NCBI GenBank assembly: GCA_964016885.1
Contig: OZ024740.1
Coordinates: forward strand, 220,348,001-220,412,000
Direction: 5' to 3'
DNA: 64,000 nt
Source: Eledone cirrhosa
Lineage: Eukaryota
Shown here piece by piece: positions 1 to 12,522 of this stretch; position 1 is the stretch's first letter, and each line of letters begins with the position of its first letter. The notes below the pieces were generated by a model. The model was not told the origin of the DNA. It ran no database searches and saw only the letters and a program-made list of their open reading frames with translations. Both the position numbers and the translations under genes were made by a program.

Positions 1-706
1 TACTGTACTTTCGGAACACTCACTTTCACTTCTGATTTGGTCACCCAGGTAACAGAAGCTATCTACAGTTTCCAAGGAACCCTCCAATAACTTGATAGAA
101 CTTACTGCTCCTGTGCATTGGCCACATGTAAAACCTATGTTCTTAGATAACCTACCTGAGATTCCACTATCTCTTGTGTACTCATAGTTATATATATATA
201 TGTATATATAACGATATAGAACTAGGACTTGGGTGGGGATTGGGGAGGTAGATCTAGGGATGGGGATGTCAGGTGGGATGTTGGGCATGGGTGGAGTGTT
301 CGGATGTATGTTTCAGCTCATGCACAGGGGAAGGCAGTTCTGTATTGTTGTATAACAGCAAGTGGTGATGAATATATATAGTAGGAGTGATGTATGTATA
401 ATATGATGTACAGTGGCATATCATCATCATCATCATCATCACCATCACCACCAATTTAAAATCACTTGGCAAAGAAGTGCCAGGAAATCCCAGTGGATGG
501 ATGGGAAGCCACAGTAGAGGTAGACCAAGAAAGACCTGGGCAGAGGTGAGATGAGCTAAGACTCACAGAGGGGATGAGAAAGGAACATAGCGAGTGGAGA
601 AATGCTGTGATGAAAAGGAACCATCCAACTCATGCAAGTATGAAAAAATGGACATAAAAACGATGATGATCATGAACTTTTCAGACTATGAAAATTTCAG
701 CCAACC

Positions 707-711
<5 letters not shown>

Positions 712-792
<81 letters not shown>

Positions 793-796
793 TGTG

Positions 797-829
<33 letters not shown>

Positions 830-852
830 ATATATATACATATATGTATATA
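712..852. repeat. (TA)n/(TG)n compound microsatellite
   Basis: Direct inspection. Confidence 0.95.
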
Positions 853-1254
853 TTTGCATTAGATGAATACGATGGGTAGGATATCATGTTTACAGTTAAT
901 CCTAAAGCTGTAATACATTTGGGATGAAACTTAAGTAGTTCCAAGAATAACTCCAAAACTAGCTCCAAGAATAGTTCCAAACTATGAGAAACTAACTACA
1001 CATTCAAGTAATTTACTCTTTTACTCGCTTCACTCATTCGAAGTTGTTTATATTGTTGTTCAGCCCAAAGTCAATCTCGATCAAGCAAAACTATGATGAA
1101 AGACAATTCTAGCCATTACCATGTTTTTTTTTGTTTTTGTTTTTGTTTTTGTTTTTGTTTTTGTATCCCCCCCCCCCTCACTCTCTCCAATATGTTGGGA
1201 GCCAAGGACCACATTATCCAATATGTCCTTTCTTTTAAGACGATAAGATGTGAT

Positions 1255-1539
1255 TTAACCCTTTTGATACCAAACTACCTGAAACTGTCCTTGGTTTTAT
1301 GATACAAAGCTGTTTATTTTAAAATGTTTAAAAACTTCCCATCATAATTTTATATTAGAAACTTTGTTAAGTTATATTCCAAACACCATATATATTTGTA
1401 TTACTAAATCCCTCAAAATTCTTGATTATTTTCAAAATCAATTGAAACAGATAGGCAGTGTTTCTTTATGTTTTTTTCTGTGGTTTTCTTAATTTATTTA
1501 TTTATTTTTTTTTTAGAAATATGGTAATGAAAGGGTTAA
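1255..1539. mobile_element. Third TTAA-MITE family; related copies at ~35270-35950, 52914-53153, ~58370 and ~59685
   Basis: TTAACCCTTTTGATACC...GAAAGGGTTAA ends, with internal sequence shared among copies. Confidence 0.7.
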
Positions 1540-1679
1540 GGTAGATTTGATTGTTATCTATAGCATGTCAAGTGAACATGAAGAAGCTCCTTTATTGAAG
1601 TTGCTTTGTGCCTTGCAAGGCTAAAGTGACTTTACTCTATGATGTCCCCTTTTGTTCAAGGAAACAAATCCAAGAGAGT

Positions 1680-2033
1680 AAATAGAAGAGAGTGGGGTGA
1701 GAGAGAGATGACAGGGGAGGACTTATGTGAGTGGAGTGATAAACAGAATGCTTGGAGTGGGAACATAGTAGAGGAGAGAGTAACTGGAAGGAAGTAAGTG
1801 CTGGAGGGTATATTGGGACAGAGAGAGAGAGTGCTGGAGAGGGTAATAGAGGAAAGGAAGAGAGAGAGGATGCTGAAGGAGGTGATGGAAGAGAGAGAGA
1901 GAGGGTGCAAAGGGAGGTAATGGAAGAGAGAGAGAGTGCTGAAGGAGGTAATAGAAGAGAGAGTGCTGAAGGGGTAAGGGAAGAGAGAGAGAGTGCTGAA
2001 GGAGATAATGGAAGAGAGAGTGCTGAAGGAGAT

Positions 2034-2093
<60 letters not shown>

Positions 2094-2110
2094 TGCTGAA
2101 GGAGGAGGTA
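1680..2110. repeat. GA-rich tract with a recurring GAGAGTGCTGAAGGAG motif and pure (GA)n
   Basis: Direct inspection. Confidence 0.9.
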
Positions 2111-2710
2111 ATAACTTAATACATATGTTAACACTACCTTAACTATTATTAACTGTAGTTAAGTTTGTCTTAACACATTTAATGTAAGAAACATTACATT
2201 GCAAACTAAAAATAATTCCGCACTGAAGAAGAAAAACAATATTATTCCATGGGCAATATTATTTTAATTAGTTTAATAAGTATGGGAGACAACTCCAGGC
2301 ATATTTCAGTATTGTTATAGCATCATCAGCAAAACATAACTTTCAGTATATTTGCTAAGATAGATAGATATTAGATAGACGGGGAGGTAGACCAAATAGA
2401 AACAAACTAAATTCTAAGTGCTTACTAATGTGTCCAAACACGGAAGAGCCAAACTCCCACTGTCATCGTTTCCATCTCTCTCGCCCTCCCCATGTCTCTC
2501 ATTTGAGGATATCTTGCCCTTTCTTTCTCACCAGCCTTGGAGGACCTACAAAGGATCATAACAACTGCTTTTCTCTCCCGAACTAAATAGCAAACAAAAA
2601 ATTAGATACTGCACTATTTTCCTGGAAAAGATTCTCAAATCCCAATGGCCTAGTCCATCTCACTGCAGGGAGTAACATAAATACATGTCACTGCTACAGT
2701 TACTCTAAAA

Positions 2711-2993
2711 CAGTCATGGGCAACCTGTGGCCCACAAAGCTTTCTGAATGGTTCACCTAAGTGAAATCTTTCTGATTTTTTTACCCCAACTTTTCAGTCG
2801 TAATTTATCTTTCTATCCTTTTTACAATCGAAGAAAACAACATGTACGAATTCTGAAGAAACAAATCTAAACAACCTGAATTACCACCATTTTTTTTAAA
2901 TGTGGGCATGAATGTAAATTAGCGCTTGCGGCCCGCCTGATGATGAGCCATATCTCATGTGGCCCGCTTCTCGAAAAAGGTTGCCCATGCCTG
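2711..2993. mobile_element. hAT (Charlie-like) MITE
   Basis: TIRs CAGTCATGGGCAACCT / AGGTTGCCCATGCCTG; perfect 8-bp TSD CTCTAAAA (2703-2710, 2994-3001). Confidence 0.9.
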
Positions 2994-3780
2994 CTCTAAA
3001 ACAACTCTATAGACCTCCGGCGCTTTCAACTATAAGTGTTCCAGATGTTCCATCTACAAAATAACCTACTCATTAAATTAACATAAGTGGCTGAGTATTC
3101 CACAGATACATGTATCTTTAATGTATGTAATTCACAAGATTAGTGCAGTTGCCATAATAAAATGCACCAAGTATGCCCTGTAAAGTGTTGGTGCTGGTAT
3201 CACAATAAAATGCACCCAGTACACCCTGTAGAGTTTTAGTGTTGGTACCATGATCAAATCCACTCAGTCCACTCTGTCAAGTAGTAATACTGATGTCACA
3301 AAAGACATACTAATGCTGGTATCCTATAAAACATTTGCTGTAAGGCTCATGTTAAGAAGAGCATCCAACGATAAAAACCATGTCAAATCATCCTCATCAT
3401 CATCATCGTTTAACGTCCGTGTTCCACGCTTGCATGGGTTTGGACGGGAGTTTTCCCACTTGAGGCAAGAGTGGTTGTCTTGCTCGCATAGGACTGTCTG
3501 GCGGGTTTTCTACAGCTGGATGCCCTTCCTAACACCAACCACGTTTACAGTGTGGGACTGGGAGGTTTTTACCGTGTTGCCTACACGGCCACATTACAGC
3601 GTGGACTGTGTGTTTTTTGTCGTGACACCTACACGATCTCATTTGTTTCGGCCTGGATGTTGTGGCACCAACATAACTTTACATTGAAAGGGGCGGTGTG
3701 GATGGGGTGGGGGTGGGGGGTGGGACGGGGGTGTATTTTGTTAGAGATGCCTACTGACTGTAGTAGGTTTTACTTTGTAT

Positions 3781-4090
3781 TTAGGTAAGGCGGGTCTTCT
3801 CTATTACTGAGTACCGCCAAAGGTCTCGGTCCAGTGACATTGTCTTGGAGAGGTGTAAGTGTGTGATGTCGGAGTTTATCAGCTCGTCCCAGGTTTTTCT
3901 AGGTCTGCCTATTCCGTGGCTACCATCTATCTTTATTGCCCTGCACTTTGTTATACAGCTGTCGTCTTTCATGCGCATCACGTGACCATACCAACGTAGC
4001 CTTCTCTCGAGTAAACAATATCTGATCCCTCTTATTTCTAATTTTTTCCTTAGTTTGTTTATGCTTTGCCGTTCAACATAACAAGTAAGG
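3781..4090 (-). mobile_element. RTE LINE 3' fragment; other decayed RTE 3' pieces at ~490-680, 40500-40760, 55130-55455 and 55590-56050
   Basis: ERRLRWYGHVMRM...GRPRKTW. Confidence 0.82.
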
Positions 4091-4552
4091 TTGGTCACTC
4101 TGACCCATTTGGTCTCAGGTCATGACAACCTGTTAGAGCCATGTCAGCATGGTAAAAGAATGTAAAATGGTGATGATGATGGTGGTGGTGCAACAAAGCT
4201 GGCCCTTTGAAATTACAAGTACAGTTGTCCTTTAAAGGTCTATAAGCACTACTCCCCACCACCACCACCACCACCGCTAACAACAACAGAGATTGACCTT
4301 TTCTTGCCTCTCAGTTTAGTCTGTGCCAATTCCCCTGAGACTCATCCCTTTCTCTTTGTTTACAAAGATACCATATAAAATTTATGTTTAACAACATTCA
4401 GCTTTAAAATAAAGCTGCATTAAATAAAAGATAACATTCTTATTTATTTTGTATTTATTTGTCAAAAGAGTTTGGTTCCAGTCATTTCATGTATGGCAAT
4501 GAATCTAAAAACATTTTCTTTATTTGTTTATAATTATTATTCTTCCAATTAA

Positions 4553-4739
4553 TAATGGTTTCTTATATAGGCACAAGGCCAGTAATTACCCAGTACATTA
4601 CTGGTACTTTATTTTATCGACCCTGTAAGGATGAAAGGCAAAGTTGACCTCGGCGGGATTTGAACTCAGAATGGAAAGGGCCGTAACTCTATGCGTCAAA
4701 GCATGACGTCTGACCCTCTACCGATACTGCCAATCCACC
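4553..4739 (-). mobile_element. Nin/Deu-like SINE abutting the Tx1 (ATT)n tail
   Basis: Same consensus as 10711-10897. Confidence 0.85.
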
Positions 4740-4762
4740 ATAATAATAATAATAATAATAAT

Positions 4763-6631
4763 TTCATTTATTAGCCACAAGGGCCGACATATACGGGACA
4801 ATACAATAGACGGGGACAGTGGGGGTTTACATATACAACATGTAAACAATATAAATAACAATAACAAAGTAACAAGAAAAATACAAGAAAAATTCCCCAA
4901 TAGGGGGGATGACCACCCAGGGTTCACTCAGGTACCCCACCAATCCTGAATGACCCGACGCTTCGAGAGCACCCGGGAAGGGCACCTCTCTCCTCCTCTG
5001 GCCACAAGGGCTGACATGTAGGGGACAATACAAAGACACGGACAATAAGCTCGAGTAAAAGTGCACAATGGCAAGACTAATTTAACAATGAAGATATAAA
5101 AATATAAAATAAACTATGCATAAATATAACAAAATAAATTCCCCTATAGTGGGTGGACGACCCAGAAGTGACTCAGGTACCCCACCAATCCTGAACCACC
5201 CTGCACTTCTAGGGCACCCGGGGGGTTGCGAAAGAGGTTATATGGTGGACCAGATTGAAAGGACTGAAGACAGACACTTTTCTCTTCGGCCAATCCCTCA
5301 TCAACTTCTTCAAGTTTCACCTGGAAAGGAAGGTGAGGGTGGAGAGAGAAGTGCTGCCCCACCCCCTCAGTACATTTGCTAAAAGGTGGATGAATGTGGT
5401 GAGAATGGGTGGATGAATGTAATTTGATGGGAGAGCACCCCTCTTCTCCTCAAATTAGCTAGCCTATAGGCACATAGTCAGAATAGGCCCATTCACATGG
5501 GCCATTCTTGCCACATTCACCTACCTTTTAGCAAATGTACTAGGGGGGCAGCACTTCTCTCTCCACCCTCACCTTCCTTTCCAGGTGAAACTAGAAGAAG
5601 TTGATGAGGGATTGGCCGAAGAGAAAAGTGTCTGTCTTCAGTCCTTTCAATCTGGTCCACCATATAACCTCTTTCGCAACTGCCACCAGACAGAGGAAAA
5701 TTGCCTGCTCTTCCAGGCCAAAGGAAAGCGGCAGGTCAATCTTCTCTATGGACTCAGCTGATAACCGGATCCATTCTACATGCGACAATAGCTGTTCAAC
5801 ATAACTCCACAAGTCAGTAATGCACGGACATTGGACAAGTGTGTGCAGAACGGCGCGGACAGGGCAAGGCACGACAATAAGGTGGTAATAGATGACGGAC
5901 ACAATGTACACATTCGCCACCTCCGCGCAACCTTTCAGTGATAGCTTCCTCACAGCCCATTTCTGGGTGAGACTGACTACCCTGCTCATTACCTCGTCCC
6001 AATTCTTTTCCACTTGGAGGTCTGGTCTGAACCAAACCCCGAACAACTTTACCGGTCCATCCGTCCAGCACCCGACGATGTTGTTGGACGGCATGGACTT
6101 GCCTCTCCAGGTGCCAAGCTGCAAGCCCACTGACTTTTCCGGGTTAAGTTTGGCTCCTGTCAACCTTTCATATTCCTTCAATAAGGTGCTGACCACCTCG
6201 ATCTCCGAGGTGTTCGACACCATCACGGTGATGTCATCCGCATAAGCTGACACAGCCTTTCCATGTCCCAGTTTGAGCGGGATGCCCTGCAACAGCTCCA
6301 GCTTCCGCAGTAAAGGCTCAAGAGTCAATATGTACAGAAGGAAAGAGAGAGGGCACCCTTGACGGACCAATCGGGAGAGCCGAAACTGTTCCGAGAGGTG
6401 GCCATTAACCTTGACCACCAAGCAAGTGCTGCTGTGCATTGCAGCGATCCAGCTTCTGAAGACAGGGCTGAAGCCAGCCGCTTTGGGGACAGCCTCCAGA
6501 TACCGATGGTCGACCCTATCGAATGCTTTCGATTGATCTAAATTGGTCAGTGCCCCACCGAAGCTAGGTTTTCACCATAGCCTCTCTATGATGTATTGCA
6601 TGAGGTAGAAGTTGTCATGTATGGACCTGGC
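4763..6631 (-). mobile_element. 5'-truncated, rearranged Tx1-like LINE (related subfamily), with duplicated 3'UTR and an inverted ORF2 segment
   Basis: ORF 5591-6439 (RQGCPLS, YADD, HTLVQC) is homologous to ORF2 at 26.8-28.5 kb with an internal deletion; the 3'UTR motif gccacaaggg occurs twice (~4775, ~5001); (AAT)n at 4740-4762. Confidence 0.88.
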
Positions 6632-7260
6632 TAATGAAATTATTGTGTTCAGTGCTCAGGTGCACTACAACTCATCAAAGGTGCATGTATAGTACATAGA
6701 ATAATGTTCAAATGTCAGGAAAATGAACAGTGTAGGAGTCATGAAATACATGCATGTGTATGGAGGGGGAATATTAGGAAGCATGGAGGTTTTAAAGGAT
6801 GCAGTGTCTCAACAGCTAACAACTGATGCAGGTAATTTGTTCCATGCTTCAGCAACTCTGAGCGTGAAAAAATGTTTCTGAAAGTCATGGGAGCTGTGCT
6901 GTTTTCTGACTTTGTTGGCATGCCCATGTGTGTTAGACACATGGAAATCAAAAAGGTGCGCAGGGTTGTTGTTTGCAAGATGGTTAATAATGTTGTGGGT
7001 GTTTACCAAGTCAGTTGCCAGGCGTCAGAGCTTCAATGTATCCATGTCCAGGGAAGCAAGGCGTTCAGAGTATGGTAGATGCCTGATGGAGGGTATTCGC
7101 TTGGTTGCACGTCCCTGAACAGTTTCCAGGTCGATGTTCTGAGCAAGATAAGGGTTCCAGACTGGTGATGCAAATTCTAAGTGTGGCCACACCATAACTA
7201 TATACAGCTTTAAATAGATAGCTGGAGAGCGGCAAACAAAGGTCTTGCTGAGTGATAAGG
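6632..7260 (-). mobile_element. CR1-clade LINE 3' fragment, same family as 33672-34460
   Basis: Near-identical to the 33.7-34.3 kb copy; ORFs 7025-7384 and 6809-7009 carry the CR1 C-terminal motifs. Confidence 0.88.
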
Positions 7261-7467
7261 TTTGCTCCTTTCCGAACCCTCTTTGGGATCTCAGGATAAC
7301 CAATCTTTGAGCATCCATCCCAAGCCTCCCAGGAAATGTAATAGGCCCATCGGCAATTTTTATGGCATGAAATGATGACTGCAATATATTTTTTTAACAA
7401 ACCCCTCTACCTAAGGGCTGAAAGTGTCCCTTATTAACTCATGCAAAGAATAATACATAATTATTAA

Positions 7468-7975
7468 ATCCCGCCGAGGTTAACTTTACCTTTCATCCTT
7501 ACAGGGTCGATAAAATGAAGTACCAGTAATGTACTGGGATAATTGCTGGCCTTGGCCCAAAAGTAGAAACAATTATTATGTTGAGAGCAGTGGATTAGCA
7601 GAATCAGAAGAATGTTTAGCAGCATAGAGTTATGGGCCTTTACGTTCTGTACCTAAATAAGAAACCATTATTATTATTAGCATTATTGTTTCTACTATTG
7701 GCACAAGACCAGCAATTACCCAGTGCATTACTGGTACTTTATTTTATCGACCTCGTAAGGAAGAAAGGCAAAGTTAACCTCAGCGGGATTTGAACTGAGA
7801 ATGGCAAGGGCCGTAACTCTATGCGTCAAAGCATGATGTCCGACCCTCTACCAATACTGCCAATCCACTGCCAAGGTTAACTTAGCCTTTCATATTAACG
7901 GGATCGATAAAATAAAGTACCAGTAATGCACTGGGTAATTGCTAGCCTTGTGCCAAAAGTAGAAACAATTATTAT
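7468..7975. mobile_element. Cluster of four Nin/Deu-like SINE copies or fragments in mixed orientation
   Basis: Copies at ~7468-7575(+), 7589-7675(+, internally deleted), 7685-7870(-), 7870-7975(+). Confidence 0.82.
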
Positions 7976-8117
7976 TGTGGGGGAGGGGCAAACATTGATT
8001 TTATTTAGAATTCATAAAACATAATCAAAAGTGAAATAGAAAGAGAAGGAAGAGACTGAAAAGAGAGAGGGGCAAATTCTACACCCATGGTTGGATAGTA
8101 TGTCTCCATTGGACCTA

Positions 8118-8830
8118 ACATCATCATCACCATCACCATCATCATCACCACCACCATCATCATCACCACCACCATCATCACCATCATCATCACCATCATC
8201 ATCATCACCATCACCACTATCATCATCACCACCATCATCACCATCATCACCACCATCGTCACCATCACCATCATCATCACCATCATCATCATCACCATCA
8301 CCACTATCATCATCACCACCATCATCACCATCATCACCACCATCATCACCATCACCATCATCATCACCATCATCATCACCATCATCACCATCATTACCAT
8401 CATCACCATCACCATCATCATCACCATCATCATCACCATCATCACCATCATCATCATCATACCATCATCATCACCACCACCATCATCATCATCATCATCA
8501 CCATCATCACCACTATCATCATCACCACCATCATCACCACCATCATCATTATCATCATCACCATCATCACCATCATTATCACCATGATCATCACCACCAT
8601 CATCACCATCATCACCACCATCGTCACCATCATCATCACCATCATCACCATCATCACCATCACCACCATCATCACTATCGTCATCATCATCATCACTATC
8701 ATCACCATAATCATCATCACCACCATCATCACCATCATCACCATCATCACCATCATCATCACCATCATCACCATCATCACCACCATTATCACCATCATCA
8801 CCATCATCACCATCATCACCACCATCATCA
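8118..8830. repeat. (CAT/CAC)n cryptic trinucleotide tract, the expanded tail of a minus-strand SINE
   Basis: Runs directly into caacattttacatcc..ttcatg, the reverse complement of the RTE-type tail. Confidence 0.9.
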
Positions 8831-8989
8831 GCAGCAGCAACATTTTACATCCCTTTTTCATGTTGGTCGTGGTTGGACAAGTTATTAGGCTCTGAGATTA
8901 GACAAGCCACGTGATGGGAGGGGCACATCTTGCCCATATATCCTATTTTTTCACATGATTTCTACAGTTGGATGCCCTTCCTAAAAGGC

Positions 8990-9885
8990 AACCACTTTAT
9001 TGAGTGTACTAGGTGCATTTTATCATGCTACCAGCACAATACTTTACAGAGTGTCTTGGGTGCATTTTATCCTTACATCAGTATAACCACTTTACAGAAT
9101 GTACAGGGTGCATTTTATCATGACACCAGCACCACCACTTTACAGAATGTACTGCGCAATACTTTACAGAGTGTCCTGGGTACATTTTCAGTACAACCAC
9201 TTTACAGAATGTACAGGGTGCATTTTATCATGACATCAGCACCACCACTTTACAGAATGTACTGTGTGCATTTTATCCTGACACCAGCACAACCACTTTA
9301 CAGAGTATACTGGGTGCATTTTATCCCGACACCAGCACAACCACTTTACAGAGTATACTGGGTGCATTTTATCATGACACAGGGCAACCACTTTACTGAA
9401 TATAATGGGTATATGTTATCATGACACCTGCACAACCACTTTACAGAGTGTACAGGATGCATTTTATCATGACACTAGCACCAGGGCTGGATTTAGACCT
9501 TGGAGTCCTGGGGCACTTCAGGTTTAGGGGGCAGGGGCTCATACACAAAAAAAAAAATAGAATACACAACAAACCCCCCAATTTTACATATCAAAGTTAG
9601 CTTAGTGCAAGTAATTGGAATTGAAAAGTTATACATACAGGTATTAAATAAAAAAGATTCTAACCATCCTAAAAATAAAAAAGCCAACTGAGGGCACAAA
9701 TAAATCGCTACAGCCATCACTGGTGCCACCCACACTCCCAACCGTGTTGCAGAGGGTCCTGGGCAATTGCCCCCTTTGCCTCCCATTTAATCTGGCCCTG
9801 ACCAGCACAACCACTTTACAGAATGTACTGAGTGCATTTTATCCTGACACCAGCACAACCACTTTATAGAATGTAATGGGTATAT
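8990..9885 (+). repeat. ~48-bp tandem array grown inside a SINE and split by a hAT MITE
   Basis: Unit ACCAGCACAACCACTTTACAGAGTGTACTGGGTGCATTTTATCATGAC. Confidence 0.85.
9482..9800. mobile_element. hAT MITE inserted in a ~48-bp tandem array
   Basis: TIRs CAGGGCTGGATTTA / TTAATCTGGCCCTG; 8-bp TSD ACTAGCAC/ACCAGCAC. Confidence 0.85.
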
Positions 9886-10025
9886 TTCATCTAAAAACTA
9901 ATTGTGAACAAAGAGCACAATCTATATATTTAAAACGAAAGTCTGGTGCTTATCCCAGTTTCTTGGCATTAAGCAACTGAGAGTACAAGACTTCCTCCTG
10001 GACAGGATGCCAGTCCATTACAGGT

Positions 10026-10239
10026 TTAACCCTTTAGCATTTAAACCGGCCTTATCCGGCCAGAATTCTCTCACCTCTTTCTGTTCAAACTGACTGTAAC
10101 TAGCCACTCATACTTATGTTAAGATATTGTTTTAAAAATTAGTAATATCAAAATCATATAGATTCAATATTATGAGATAAAGCCTTTACCCTGAAAATAT
10201 AATAGTAAATATAGAATAATGTGAATGCTAAAGGGTTAA
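10026..10239. mobile_element. piggyBac-type (TTAA) MITE, inserted in a SINE
   Basis: TTAACCCTTTAGCATT...AATGCTAAAGGGTTAA. Confidence 0.85.
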
Positions 10240-10540
10240 ATCCCCAACTACTGCTGGTACTCTTTTTCAGCTGAGTATACTGGACCAACATGAAATGAAG
10301 TGTTTTGTTCAAAAACACACAGTGTGCCACCTGGTCCAGGAATCATAAACCCAACACCCTAACCACTAGGCCACACACATTTATAATTTATATATGCTAT
10401 GGTTGAAATATCCTTAACTATCCTGCTAGATAAAAAAATTCTAACATGAAATTTTAAAAAAATCAGAGAGAGTCAGGATTGTTAAATTGTAGAAATATTA
10501 GATATCAAGAATTGATATCTTGTTTTGTTTTTTTAATATA

Positions 10541-11022
10541 CAAGGCTCAGCTGAAAAGTTCATAGGCTGACTATGAAGAAGTGATGCTAGTGCTGTGAAA
10601 TCTTGCATGCATTAATTTCAACTCTTTTTATTAATTATGTTGAAAAATAAACCTCATTTGGTCGTTCCATGAGAGTATCTTGGTCAGCCTATCATTAATT
10701 TCCATTCTTAGGGCGGTGGATTGGCAGTGTTGATAGAGGGTCGGACGCCATGCTTTGACGTATAGAGTTACGGCCCTTGCCATTCTGAGTTCAAATCCCA
10801 CAGAGGTTAACTTTGCCTTTCATCCTTACGGGGTCGATAAAATAAAGTACCAGTAATGTACTGGGTAATTACTGGCTTTGTGCCAAAAGTAGAAACAATT
10901 AATTTCCATTCTTATTAATAACTGCATCGTTTCTTTCTAGCGACTATATTGAAAAATAAACCTCATTTGGTCATTGCATGAGAGTATCTTGGTCAGCCTA
11001 TGAACTATTCAGCCGACCCTCG
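10541..11022. mobile_element. Tc1/mariner-type MITE interrupted by a SINE
   Basis: TA-flanked imperfect ~31-bp TIRs (..CTGAAAAGTTCATAGGCTGAC / GTCAGCCTATGAACTATTCAG..CCCTCG). Confidence 0.8.
10711..10897 (+). mobile_element. tRNA-derived SINE with Nin/Deu-like central domain; full copy with 17-bp TSD
   Basis: B-box GAGTTCAAATCCC; GCCTTTCATCCTTACGGGGTCGATAAAATAAAGTACCAG core; TSD ATTAATTTCCATTCTTA (10694-10710, 10898-10914). Confidence 0.88.
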
Positions 11023-11177
11023 TATGTATACAGATTTCTTGTTTGGTGGAATAGGGAGGTGTGATTGGTTAAATATCACCAAAGAAATTATATATAAAAG
11101 TAGATACTAGATATTAGAGGAGCAGAAGAATGGGTTTATAGCAGGCAGACATATTGTATGACTAATCATCTGCTGCT

Positions 11178-12491
11178 AAATGTGTGTGTGCATGCCTACA
11201 TGTGTGTGTGTGTATGTATCTTTATGTGTGTGTTGGTATATGTATGAGTGTGCATGTGTGTGTGTGTGTGTGTATGTCTGTATATGTTTGTGTGTTGGTA
11301 TATGTATGTGTGTTGGTATGTGTATAAGTGTGCATGTGTGTGTGTGTGAGTTGGTATATGTATGAGTGTGCATGGGTGTGTGTGTGTGTGTGTGTATGTC
11401 TGTATATGTTTGTGTGTTGGTATATGTATGTGTGTTGGTATGTGTATAAGTGTACATGTGTGTGTGTGAGTTGGTATATGTATGAGTGTGCATGCCTGTA
11501 TGTGTGTGTTTATATATGTGTGTTGGCATATGTATGAGTGGGCATATATGTGTGTGTGTGTTTATGTATGTGTTGGCATATGTATGAGTGGGCATATCTG
11601 TGTGTGTGTGTGTGTTGGTGTGTGCTTATGTGTACATATGTGTTTGTGAGGAGGGGTGTGTGTGTGTGTGCATGTGTGTGTGTGTATGTGTGTGTGCATG
11701 TGTGTGTGTGTGCATGTGTGTGTGTGTGCGTGTGTGTGAGCGTGTGTGTGTGTGCATGTGTGTGTGTGCATGTGTGTGTGTGTGCGTGTGTGTGTGCATG
11801 TTGAGAGGGATGGTATTTATCTTTGTGTGTTTGTGTGTGTAGGTGTGCACACACATGCTAGAGTGTTGATGTGTATGTTTATGTGTGTGTATGTATGTGT
11901 GTGTGTGGATTTATGTTAGCATGCATGCCTGTGTGTGTGTGTATCTGTGTGTGTGTGTGTGTATCTGTGTGTGTGTATCTGTGTGTGTGTGTGTTTGTGA
12001 ATGTGTGTGTGTATCTGTGTGTGTGTGTGTGTTTGTGAATGTGTGTGTGTATATGTGTGTGTGTTTGTGAATGTGTGTGTGTATCTGTGTGTGTGTGTTT
12101 GTGAATGTGTGTGTGCATCTGTGTGTGTGTGTTTGTGAATGTGTGTGTGTATCTGTGTGTGTGTGTTTGTGAATGTGTGTGTATCTGTGTGTGTGTGTTT
12201 GTGAATGTGTGTGTGCATCTGTGTGTGTTTGTGAATGTGTGTGTGTATCTGTGTGTTTGTGTGTTTGTGAATGTGTGTGTGTTTGTGAATGTGTGTGTGT
12301 ATCTGTGTGTGTGTGTTTGTGAATGTGTGTGTGTATCTGTGTGTGTGTGTATCTGTGTGTGTGTGTGTTTGTGAATGTGTGTGTGTATCTGTGTGTGTGT
12401 TTGTGAATGTGTGTGTGTATGTGTGTGTGTGTGTGCTTGTGAATGTGTGTGTGTATCTGTGTGTGTGTGTTTGTGAATGTGTGTGTGTATC

Positions 12492-12522
<31 letters not shown>

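Noticed and set aside
1-400. Possible Penelope-type remnant at the window start
   Set aside because: No ORF motif or complete hammerhead core recognisable; insufficient support.
8005-8895. Ser/Pro- and poly-His ORF suggestive of a His-rich structural protein
   Set aside because: The (CAT/CAC)n tract is contiguous with a SINE (ATG)n tail and open in several frames; no signal peptide or splice context.
10770-10805. tRNA genes at GAGTTCAAATCCC motifs
   Set aside because: These are SINE heads continuing into SINE body; no complete cloverleaf.
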